DNA of 64,000 nucleotides. It comes from Pristiophorus japonicus (taxonomy: Eukaryota). Both the position numbers and the translations under genes were made by a program. Shown here piece by piece: positions 21,801 through 31,090 of this stretch. The DNA lies in contig NC_091994.1 of the NCBI RefSeq assembly GCF_044704955.1, forward strand, positions 92,318,001 to 92,382,000, written 5' to 3'. Every line of letters starts with the position of its first letter. Position 1 is the stretch's first letter. A model generated the notes under the pieces. It was not told where the DNA came from. It searched no databases and worked only from the letters and a program-made list of their open reading frames with translations.

Positions 21801-24357
21801 GAAAGAGTTAATCTGATTGCTTGTTATTGCTGTGATTACTTCATCCCAGGACTATTCACTGCAGGTTTCATTCTGAACACCTCCCCCCAACCTTTCAGAC
21901 TCAGTGCAGTTAATTTAACAGAGACTAAGAAATCCAGTGGGAAACTCATTTACATTAATTGTTGAACACAATAATCTAATAGTTCAGGGAGCAGAGGGGG
22001 ATTAACTGTCAGTGCTGCAGGCAGCAAAACATTGGTACCTCAGAGCTACCAACTCGGGTGGAAAATAAAAGGACACGGGATAGTGTCCCGCCGTGCTGTG
22101 TGCCTGATGCATATTCTCTGTTCTGCTGCCATCTTTCCACAGCTGCTGTGTAATTGCTGGAGGCACTGACTGAAACAGTTATAAAACATACACCGCATGC
22201 CTGTCTTGTGATTATCTATGCGATTCCCGACGTCAAATGACTTAGAGATGGTTTGTTGGGAAGCAGAGGCTGGGAAAGCTTAACAACCTTTCCTTGTTCT
22301 GTACTTTATGAATCAAAGGGTAACCGAGAGAAGGATTTAAACAGCGGGATTCACCCAGTTCAACATCTCATCAGGGGAGCAAAGAACTGCGGCGATTGGA
22401 CATGTGGAACTGCCCATACAGGAGGGGAATTGAAACCTACATTAAAATCAAATTTAACAATCTATTCAGAACAAACATTGTCTCTGGTGAGAGTACAAGT
22501 TTTCCCTGCCATCTGGTAGGTGCAGGACTCAACTCTCTGACCAGACAGAATATACTGGCACCTAAATCAGGACCAGCTTTCCAAATTCAGCATATTCTAG
22601 GATAGACTGTCGCGGATCTCCCCCTTTCTCACTTCAGGCACGGAGGCAGAACAGAGTTACACAACAACCATTTGCATTTATATAGCACTTTTAATGTAGT
22701 AAAACATCCCAAGGCATTTCACAGGAGTGTAATCAGGCAAAAATTGACACCAAGCTACAGAGGGAGATATTAGAGCAAGTGACGAAAAGCTTGGTCAAAG
22801 AGGTAGACTTCAAGAAACATCTTAAAGGAGGAGAGAGAGGTGGAGAGGTTGAGGGAGGGAATTCCAAACCTTGGGGCCAAGAGAGCTGAAGGCTCAGCCA
22901 TCAATGGTGGGACGAAGGGAACAGGGGATACACAAGAGACCAGAATTGGAAGAGCGCAGATATCTCGGGTGGGCGGGAGGGTTAGTTATAGGGCTGGAGG
23001 CAATTACAGAGATAGAGAGGAGTGAGTTCATGGAGGGATTTGTGAACAAGGATGAGAATTTTAAAATCAAGGCGTTGCCGGAGCGGGAATCAATATAGTT
23101 CAGCGAGCACTGGGGTGGTGCTTGAACGGTCTTGATGCAAGTTAGGATGCAGGCAGCAGAGTTTTGGATGAGCTGAGGTTTAAGGAGGGTGGAAGGTGGG
23201 AGGCTGGGCCAAGAGAGTGTTGGAATAGTCTAGTCTAGAGGTAACATGGGAACGGATGAAGGTTTGAGGAGATGATGGGCTGAGGCAGGGACGGAAGTGG
23301 GCGATGTTCCAGAGGTAGAAGTTGGCAGTCTTGGGGATGCAAAGGATATGGCATCAGGTGCTCATCTCAGAGTCCAGTAGGATGCTCAAGGGTGCAAACA
23401 GCCTGCTTCAGCCTCAGACAATGGCCAAGGAGGGAAATGGAGTTGGTGGGTAGGGAATGGAATTTGTGGCGGGGACTGAAGACAATGGCTTTGGTGTTCC
23501 CAATATTTAGTTGATGGATATTTCTGCTCATCCAGGACTGAATGTCTGTGTGGTGACTGTCAGTCTGTGCAATATTTGCCTGAGCTGTATAGTGTCTGTC
23601 TGTGCCATGTCTATCTTTGTGGTGTCTGTGTCTGCCTGCCACATGTACAGCAGTTGTGATCATTTGTGCCAAAATCCCGCGATTTCATGAACTGAGCGGT
23701 TTGTGTGTCTCTTTCCCACAGGTTGGTGCTGTGATCTCCGGCAGCACATTTGCAAAGCCCACAACCGTGGCCTCAACAACAAGTGCTACGATGACTGTAT
23801 GTGTGCGGAAGGTGGGTGCTGCCTCGGGCTGCAACTCATTCATAGCCACCTAGCCTTGAGCAGTGGGCATTGGACCCGTGGGTTTAATCACCTCGCTCAC
23901 TTACTCCTCATCGGGCTCCCGGTATTGCGGATCCAAGTCAGTTGCGATGCTGAAACAGGGAGCTCGCTGCTTGGAGACAACATTGGTTCCATCCTGAGGT
24001 CGAGTTCAGTGGTGCTATTGAGAGGCAGATGTTGGTCCACGGACAGGCCGCTATTGGGGTTGGGTTGGGTTGGGGTTTGACTCTGCAGCACAAACTGTAA
24101 AGTGTGGATTGTAGATGTCAGGACAGTAAGTGGGGAAAGGGGCTCAGTCTTGTTCGAAGTGAAGTTAAAGTTGGTGACCAAGTCGGGTCTCACTGGATGA
24201 ACCCCAAGGACTGAACCCCTCTAAAGCTCGTCTGTCTTTACCAGGTTTCCGCTGTTATGCCAAGTTCCATCGGAATCGGAGAGTGACCCGAAGGCGAGGA
24301 CGCTGCGTGGAACCCGATTCCGTCAATGCAGATCACGGATCGTTTATTACGGTCTGA
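6348..24357 (+). CDS. DRAXIN: Draxin (dorsal inhibitory axon guidance protein), spliced CDS join(6348..6819,13631..13809,15790..15901,20211..20300,23722..23811,24245..24357), 351 aa
   Basis: Signal-peptide-like N-terminus, the netrin-binding motif [18 protein letters not shown], and the Cys-rich C-terminus [64 protein letters not shown]. All introns are GT-AG with matching phases; total 1056 nt. Confidence 0.96.
7165..7628 (+). mobile_element. L2-type LINE 3' fragment
   Basis: ccataaacttcagctcatctaaaactctgctgcc... ending in ctacattaaag..atatacatgcaagttg, similar to the other L2 copies in the window. Confidence 0.65.
9458..11032. repeat. G-rich minisatellite, ~19-22 bp unit GGGGTCAC(A/G)CTGTTTGGG(C/T)GGAGGT
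   Basis: Directly visible tandem array of ~1.6 kb in the DRAXIN intron. It generates the Gly/Trp/Val-rich ORFs in the track. Confidence 0.97.
11495..11745 (+). mobile_element. Deu-domain SINE (SacSINE1-like), 3' part
   Basis: gaagaagagcagg..tctcccc.gtgtcct..caatatt core and the tail aaagcgctttgggatgtcc..gtgaaaggtgctatataaatgcaag. Confidence 0.8.
12618..12785 (+). mobile_element. CR1 3' tail
   Basis: gatagatagatt...aagggttatgggg...ggcctactcc...ttcttatgttcttatgtt. Confidence 0.85.
13112..13563. repeat. Minisatellite, 18-bp unit CCCAGCAGGTCCCTGTCA with 8-bp CCCTGTCA sub-units
   Basis: Directly visible tandem array ending ~65 bp upstream of the acceptor of DRAXIN coding exon 2. Confidence 0.93.
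13631..13809 (+). CDS. DRAXIN: DRAXIN coding exon 2 ([10 protein letters not shown]...RGTRQQ)
   Basis: Acceptor ctccctgcag|, phase 1 in; donor CAG|GTAAAC, phase 0 out. S/T-rich linker as in other draxins. Confidence 0.85.
14290..15260 (-). mobile_element. Degraded L2-type LINE containing a 26-bp tandem repeat (~14545-14830, GATTGGTTGGGGAGAGGCTGTGTGGG)
   Basis: Minus ORF 14505-14963 begins [24 protein letters not shown] (L2 C-terminal motif). The tandem units are directly visible. Confidence 0.7.
15790..15901 (+). CDS. DRAXIN: DRAXIN coding exon 3 ([37 protein letters not shown]), netrin-1-binding peptide
   Basis: Not in the ORF track; translated by hand. cag| acceptor at 15789, donor G|GTACTG at 15901/15902; 112 nt, phase 0 to 1. 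Confidence 0.95.
16285..16506 (-). mobile_element. Old CR1 fragment, left part (continues at ~19896-20100)
   Basis: CR1 reverse-strand text ...ttagatcaccacttaatcttctat resumes as ttctatactcaagggaatacaa after the inserted SINE. Confidence 0.65.
16508..16688 (+). mobile_element. Deu-domain SINE, 5' half (tRNA-like head)
   Basis: A-box-like tggctcagtggg, B-box-like ggattcaagtccc, then gatgagatgttaaactgaggccccgt. Interrupted by a CR1. Confidence 0.85.
16690..19590 (-). mobile_element. Young 5'-truncated CR1 LINE with near-intact ORF2 (APE endonuclease + RT)
   Basis: ORF 18111-19673 has AITETWL, GDFN and SDHSMV; ORF 17001-18071 has VPQGSVLGP and FADDTK. The two are in frame but separated by a stop from a 3-nt insertion near 18112, with a second stop at ~17002. 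(aacataag)n tail at 16691. Confidence 0.95.
19590..19895 (+). mobile_element. Deu-domain SINE, 3' half
   Basis: Resumes with tctctcaagtggatgtaaaagatcccatggcact, the continuation seen in the intact copy at ~33320; ends in a (cttt)n tail. Confidence 0.85.
20211..20300 (+). CDS. DRAXIN: DRAXIN coding exon 4 ([30 protein letters not shown])
   Basis: tttcttttag| acceptor, G|GTACCT donor; 90 nt, phase 1-1. Confidence 0.95.
20316..20891 (+). mobile_element. Tx1-type (L1 superfamily) non-LTR retrotransposon, 5'-truncated 3' end with 10-bp TSD
   Basis: Encodes [11 protein letters not shown]...[17 protein letters not shown] (C-terminal CCHC zinc knuckle) and AIYWSR...FRKRW. TGTACAGTTC is repeated at 20306-20315 and 20892-20901. 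Confidence 0.85.
21345..21737 (+). mobile_element. Deu-domain SINE
   Basis: tRNA-like head ttggctcagtggtagcact, Deu core and L2-like tail. Confidence 0.8.
22662..23545 (-). mobile_element. L2-type LINE 3' portion
   Basis: Reverse-complement tail ttgcatttatatagcac...aaaacatcccaagg and body similar to the 31.5-32.3 kb and 44-45 kb copies. The minus ORF contains [21 protein letters not shown]. Confidence 0.75.
23722..23811 (+). CDS. DRAXIN: DRAXIN coding exon 5 ([29 protein letters not shown])
   Basis: ctttcccacag| acceptor, G|GTGGGT donor; 90 nt, phase 1-1. Confidence 0.96.
24245..24357 (+). CDS. DRAXIN: DRAXIN last coding exon ([36 protein letters not shown])
   Basis: tttaccag| acceptor and TGA at 24355-24357; closely resembles the conserved draxin C-terminus. 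Confidence 0.96.
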
Positions 24358-24544
24358 ACGGACTTCCAAAGGAATCAAGCTGTTTTGATCCAAGCAACTG
24401 ATCAAAGAAAATCCTTAACTCCATTAACAGCGGCAAAAATCTTGATGGTTCCCAAAAAAATGCCTGAGACTGTCCTGATAGATGATGCCATGTCAGCTGC
24501 TTGGAATACAGTCCTTGGCAATCATTCCTATACTTTCCACTTCT

Positions 24545-24880
24545 ACCCAACACCCCATCACTACAATCCAACAACCCCTACCCGTATCCAACAACCCCCC
24601 ACTCGTACCCAACACCCCCCCACTCGTACCCAACACCCCCCCACTCGTAGCCAACACCCCCCCACTCGTACCCAACACCCCCCCACTCGTACCCAACACC
24701 CTCCCACTCGTACCCAACAGCCCCCCACTCGTACCCAACAACCCCCCACTCGTACCCAACACTCCCCACCAGTACCCCTACTCATACCCAATAGCCCCCT
24801 CACCCGCACCCAACATCCCATCACTACAATCCCATTTCCCTGTGCATACCCAGTACCCAATACCCCATCACTACAATCTA
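24545..24880. repeat. 21-bp tandem repeat (CCCCACTCGTACCCAACACCC) bracketed by three copies of ACCCAAYAYCCCATCACTACAATC
   Basis: Directly visible, ~190 nt after the DRAXIN stop codon. Confidence 0.9.
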
Positions 24881-25499
24881 ATAGTTCACATTGCTCCATA
24901 CATCATTATTGTTACTTTAATACCCTGCCTCTCATGCCCAACACTAAAATTAAATTTGAATGCCATGTTTTATAAATATAGTTTGAATGTTATTTAGCAA
25001 AAAGATAGCTAATGTAAACTGTAGAAATAATACCTTGTATCGAATGGTTGCTTGTTATCTTTTCATGTCAACATTTACTTTCAAGGAGCCTCCCTACTGC
25101 CACCTGAAAACAGCTTTCCCTGTGACCACCTCCCAGCAACTGTTGCCCTTCTTCAAAAAGCTGCCTCTGTTGCTAACAGTCATTCTCCTCAAAACAGATG
25201 TCACATTCACCCTCTGCGTTAACTTTGTCCTCATTATGATATTGATACTGATTTAATATATTGAGATACACTGACTATCATGCAGTATTTCACCACTTTT
25301 TTTTGTATAAATACAATTAGCTCTCAAGAGATTTTTGATTTTGGTGGCAAAAGAATCAGGCTTTTAAAGCATAATCTAGGCTCTGGCCCAGTCCAAGGCT
25401 GTGATCAACTTTAATCATTGCATTGTGCACAATTAATCCAGCTGAAACTATCAGTCTAATTTTTCATCCTACCCATTTTGACTGTGTCTCCATAGATGA

Positions 25500-26180
25500 T
25501 GGTACCTGCTGGCACCTTGCCCAAGTGACTGTTTCTCATGTATGAGCCTAGACATTGATTATGAGTAGACTATTTGACTGTGGAGGGCAACAGAGTTAAG
25601 CTCAGCTCTGACCTCACCTGACAACTGGATGTAATTTTCCAGCAGGGTCACTGGATAATGAACAGGATCAGGAATACTGGCTGATATTCATTTCCCTAAC
25701 CCAGGCACACTGAGGCCAATCGTAATAGTGTAACAGTTATGGTACTGGACTAGCAACCCAAAGGTTGAATTCAACAAATCTGGTAATCCATGGGCTGACA
25801 TCACAAACATGATTGTGCAATCTGCTGGATTTTCATAAAAACCCAACTGGTTTACTAATGTCCTTCTGGGAAGGGAACCTGTTACCCTCCCCAGTCTAGC
25901 CTGCATGTGACTCCAGTTTCACACTACATGGTTTGTGCTCTCTTTATCAATTAATAAACAGATTATCTGATCATTATCCCTTTGCTGTCTGTGGGAGTTT
26001 GCTGTGCGCAAATTGGCTGCCACGTCTCCCACATTACAACAGTGACTACACTCCACAATGTACTTCATTGGCTGTAAAATGCTTTGCGATGTCTGGTGGT
26101 CATGAAAGGCATGATATAAATGCAAGTCTTTTTTTTTCTCTGAAGTGGTCCAGCCAACTACTCAGTTGTAGAACAGTCAC
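25500..26180. mobile_element. Cluster: unnamed SINE-like copy (~25500-25720, -), second SINE-like element (~25722-25940), Deu-SINE 3' fragment (~25955-26135, +)
   Basis: Blocks shared with the unnamed family, plus the Deu-SINE segment acagattatctg...gtgggag.ttgctgtgcgcaaattggctg...atataaatgcaagtc. Confidence 0.6.
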
Positions 26181-27054
26181 AACCAGAAAACCCACCACCA
26201 CCACCTCAGCACAGATTCAGAATCAATCTTGAGACAAAGGGAATTAAACAGCAGAGTATAATGGCCAGTTCCTGGGATAGCTTTCTCTTTGATTGCTTTT
26301 GATGATATTGATTAAAACTTGACAGGTTGCACCATCCAATAATGCCTATTGATCGACCTTGCTTGCACAGACTTTGTAAAAGCTCCACCATAACAACCAA
26401 TGTACAGGTGACCCTTTGGGAACACCTAGTCTTCCCTGCTTTCAGAGCACTACGATAATTTCTACTGCTGAATATATTTTAAAATTAAGCAAGTTCAGCT
26501 CAAGCTTGGTTCAAGATATTTTTCCCAGCAATGTTCTCCAAATAATTTAAGACCTTGTCATGGCTGGTGTTATTATCAGGAAAGGGTTAAAGTTTGGAAC
26601 AAAATAGAAAATAGTGAAAACATTCAGCGGGTTGGTCAACATCTGTGGAAAGAACAGAGAGTCACTGCTTCAGCTGTAGGCACTTCAGGTATGAAAAAGA
26701 GTCTGCAATTTTTTGCTCTTTGTTTAAGGGTTAAAATTAGGCCTCTGATCTTGTGTCCTGTACCTCAGATATAGAAACCATCAATTTACATGGGGATTCT
26801 CCTGACTGTCTCATGTAACATTTGATGAAAGGTCCGTGATTATCTGGAGAAATGGTTGCAACCCCAGAGTATCTGGTTAGGAGTGTGCCAGTGGTATAAA
26901 ACCCCTGCTGACGGCAATTCATTTCAGGCAGTCTCTTGTGTTTTCGTATTCTGGCAAATCAATACCAATGTCACAGGAAGGGTGGGTGGGGGATTCGGGG
27001 GATGGCGTGATGTGGGAATCTCTACCTGTGAATAACTCTGAAGCTGAGGGAAGA

Positions 27055-27670
27055 ATATCACACATTGTTATAGTTACATTGTTTTGCACATTATTATAGT
27101 TACATTGTTTGTCACATTGTGATTGTTACATTGTTTGTCACAACCATCCTGACTTGGAAATATATCACTATTTCTTCGTCGGTCGCTGGGTCAAAATCCT
27201 GGAACTCCCTCCCTAACAGCACTGTGGGAGTATCTTCACCACACAGACTGCAGCAATTCAAGAAGGGGGCTCACTACCACCTTCTCAAGGGCAATTAGAG
27301 ATGGGCAACAAATACTGGTTTTGCCTGCGACACCCACATCCCAAGAATTAATTAAAAAGCATTGCTATGGTTACATTGTTTCTCACACTTATAGTTACAT
27401 TGTTTCTCACCATTCTCACATCGTTATAGTTACAATGTTTGTCACGCACTGTTCTCACATTGTTATAGTTGCATTGTTTGCCACACTGTTAGTTACATTA
27501 TTTGTTACATTGGTACTGTCACATTTGTCATACTGTTAGTTACATTGTTTGCTACATTGTTAAAGTTATATTGTTATAGTTAACTTATTTGTTACATTGT
27601 TAGTTACATTGTTACATTGTTTCTCACACTGTTATAGTTACATTGTCACATTGTTATCGTTACATTATTG
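27055..27670. repeat. Degenerate AT-rich repeat (GTTATAGTTACATTGTTT...) interrupted by a LINE 3' end at ~27145-27358
   Basis: Repeated gttacattg motifs. The insert encodes WNSLPNSTVG...FKK...HLLKGN* and has related copies at ~27975-28165 and ~38340-38450. Confidence 0.75.
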
Positions 27671-28227
27671 TGTCATGCTGCATGTGAATTTATAGTGAAG
27701 GTGTGCATGATGAAAGGATGAAAATTTATCAGATTTTGCACTCCTTTTGTTTTCTATTTAATTTTAATGTTAAGCCTACATGAAACAAGCAAAATCTAAC
27801 AACCAATAAAAACAGTGAAATGGAAAGCCCTGACTCAGTTCATCTCCCATCTCAATTTACAACTGATTATTTCAGTCACACTACAGTTGCAGCGACAATG
27901 AATCCCATGCTGAGACACCAAGAATTGCTTCTGTCAATCATTTTTTTGTTACTCGCTCAACTGTTGGGTTGAGGTGTGTCCTTCATTTTTGCTGGATCAA
28001 AATCCTAGAATTCCCTATTCTATAGCACTGTGGGAGCACCTTCACCATGTGGACAGCAGTGATTCAAGAAGAAGGCCCACCACCACCTTCTCCGGGGAAG
28101 TAGAGCTGGGCAATAATTGCTGCCTTGCCAGTGACACCCATATTCCAACATTAATATATATTTTTTAATGTTCCACAGTGCCTTTTCCCTCCTCCCCTCC
28201 CGCTCATAGGGCTTTGGGACATTGAAA

Positions 28228-28690
28228 TCAGCCTTGGTTCAGTTGGTAGCACTCTCACCTCTGAGTCAGAAGGTTCTGTGTTCACCTCCCACTCCAGGGA
28301 TTTGAGCACATAATCGAGGCTGACACTCCTGTGCAGTATTGAGGTTCCTTTTTTTGGATGAGATGTTAAACGTAAACTTTTCTTGGATGAGATGTATGCC
28401 CTCGGGTGGACGTAAAAGATCACATGGCACTATTTTGAGGAAGAGCAAGGGAGATGTCTCCGGTGTCCTGGCCAATATTTCTCCCTCAACCAACATCATT
28501 TGAACAAAAAGGATTATCTGGTCATTATGACATTGTTGTTTGTGGGCCTTGCTGTGTGAAAATTAGCTGCCCCATTTCCTACATTACAATAGTGACCAAA
28601 CTTCAAAATTACTCAATTGGCTATAAAGTGCTTTGGGACATTCTGAGGGCATAAAAGGCACCATATAAATGAAAATTTGTATTTGTTTCT
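28228..28690 (+). mobile_element. Deu-domain SINE, near full length
   Basis: Head tggttcagttggtagcactctcacctctgagtcagaagg, Deu core and tail. Confidence 0.82.
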
Positions 28691-28944
28691 TTTTTTGACA
28701 CACAATGAATGTACAAAATCACTTATTTTTACATACTCAATTATAGCGGGCATACTGAATCTGGGTCCTACCAACTTTGGCATTATGATACTGGAGAGAT
28801 GTGTCATTGTACAAGGGATTGGCAGAAGTGTCATTGTACAAGAGATTCACGAGATATTTTTGGCTTGCAAGTGAGTAATTTTTAAAAATCAAGGCAGGGC
28901 CATAACACCTTCAAGTTTTATCATTGCATAAGATGCACACAAAC

Positions 28945-29368
28945 AGAAGAACTTGCATTCTGATAGCACTTTTCATGACCTCATGACATTGCAAAACACT
29001 TTACAGCCAATTAAGTACTTTTTAAAAGTGTAGTTAATATTATGTAGAAAAATGCAACAGCCAATTTACACAGATAAATGACCAGACAATCTGTTAGTGA
29101 TGATTCTTGAGGGAGGAATATTAGCCAGGATACCGGGGGACTCCCCTGCTCTTCAAATATTGCTATGGGATTCTTTTACATCCACCTGAGAGCTGAGACG
29201 GGACCTCGGCTTAACGTCTTATCTGAAAGATGGCACCTCCGACAGTGCAGCACTCCCTCAGCACTACACCGGTGTCAACATGGATTATGTGTTCAAGTCT
29301 CCGGAGCAAGACTTGAACCCGTGACCTTCTACTCGAGGTGAGAGCTACCATTGAGCCATGGTTGACCC
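28945..29368 (-). mobile_element. Deu-domain SINE, reverse orientation
   Basis: Reverse complement of the same head, core and tail (acttgcatt...atagc; cttttacatccacctgagag; gctacca.tgagcca). Confidence 0.8.
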
Positions 29369-29414
29369 ACTACAGTGCAGACAGCTGTGGCTATGTTCTT
29401 CACAGTTAGTATTT

Positions 29415-29710
29415 CTCCCCCCTTCCTCCCCTGAAGGTGCTGACTCTCACTGGGGTTCAGGTCCCCTCCTCTCCTGAAGGTGCTGACTCTCACTGGGGTT
29501 CAGTTCCTTGGGTGCTGATTTCCCTGTGATGTTTTGTGGTCCTTCTTCATGCGTGACTCCAGACAGGGAGTGTAGGTAGAATATCAAATCTGTTAGGACA
29601 TCAGAGCGGTGGCTGAGCTGTCCTTCATCAATTTCCACATGGTACACTTTTCAGCAACAGTCACTGGAGAAAGTTCAGGAGCAGGATTTTCCCCTTTCCT
29701 CATAGGGTAG
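29415..29710 (-). mobile_element. Unnamed SINE-like copy with an internal 31-bp direct duplication
   Basis: cctgaaggtgctgactctcactggggttcag occurs at 29430-29460 and 29473-29503. Confidence 0.55.
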
Positions 29711-30589
29711 CTCACAGCCCGCTACCTTGTTTATTTTAAAAGGTGCAGTGTATCGGAAATAAAATCTATCACGGTAACATATTTGACATACAAGAAGGTG
29801 TCATTTTATAATCATTACCGATGGCGGCAGTGGTACTTGAGTGCATATTTTGTGATATGCAATCCAGCCACAAATATTTCAATATTAATAGTCATACATT
29901 TCCAGAGTGCTTGCGCTGGGTGGTTCTTGGTTCAGTGAGGTGGTCCTGCACAGCTGGTAAATCCAGACCACCCGATTTGGATCATCCCGGTGTGGACAAG
30001 TGGCAGAAACCGCGGCAAACTGTTGAATATCACAACCACTGTGTACTCCAACTAGTGACGGCATATTGCCAACATATTTGTTTTACAACCTCACTCCATA
30101 AACATCAGTATTAAACCCAGTTAAAAAAAACCTCAAATAGAACAGCTTTATTGGGCAGCATCGATGTAACTCGATTTAAAGTTGTTTAAGCTAAGGAAAA
30201 ATCAACAGTTCTATTTTTTCTAATTAAGCATCTGATTAGTGCTGGGGGCAAAGGCAACCCAGGAAGCCTTTCACAGAGAAATACAAGGCTAGCTGGTTAC
30301 TGACTGTGTGTGATGAATATTAAGCTCATCTCATTCGCTGAGCAGCTGATCTTCACCCGCCTCACACATCGCACTCAGGGCTGGGTCAATGGTCAGCTTT
30401 GCGGCGATCGGATTTGCCATCTGCTTCATGTGTGAAATAACATGTCACAAACATTGAGGACCAAAGGGCAGAATCTTTCTGTTGCAGCAACATCTAAACC
30501 TTGGGTTCTTTCCATCTCAGTGTTATCGAGGTTTAACCCGGACAAGCCTGCTGTGCCGTTTCTGCATTCTGTCCCACAGCATTTCTCTT

Positions 30590-31090
30590 TTCTCCCGCAC
30601 TGCCACCGGGTCTGCGGAGGTCGCAGGGACCCTGCGGGGAGACTCGGGGAGCCGGGGGTACTGCGAACCTGGGGGAGGGACTCTGGGATCCAGCGGGGGT
30701 GGGGGGGGGGGTGGGGCGGCGCAGGGATCCTGGGGGAGAGGAGGGACCTTGGGCGAGAGGAGGGGCGCAGGGACCCTGGGGGAGCCGCTCCTTCTCCAGA
30801 CCGCGCGGGCCGGGTTCACGTGGCTCCGGGTCACATGGTGCAGGGTCACGTGGGTGTGTTTAAAGTTTTTGTGCGAGTGAAGAGGCGGCGATGGAGTTGC
30901 CAGCGGTTAATCTGAAGGTAGCAGCCCGGGATTGGCGATTGGGGATCAAGCGCAGGCCGCCGGGGGAGCTCTTAAAAGGCAGGGCCGTCGATCCGGTTCT
31001 TAAAGGGCCAGCCCGGAAAGTCCGACGTCGGAAAAACATCCAGAACAAGCAGGACTTTAAATAACACGGGGCGGGCGTGTCTGAGACATC
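30590..31090 (+). promoter_or_regulatory. AGTRAP CpG-island promoter with three E-boxes
   Basis: GC/CpG-rich segment spanning the start codon. CACGTG at 30817, CACATG at 30832, CACGTG at 30847. Confidence 0.75.
30891..30917 (+). CDS. AGTRAP: AGTRAP exon 1 (MELPAVNLK)
   Basis: Kozak gcgATGG, donor AAG|GTAGCA; peptide matches the mammalian N-terminus. Confidence 0.93.
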
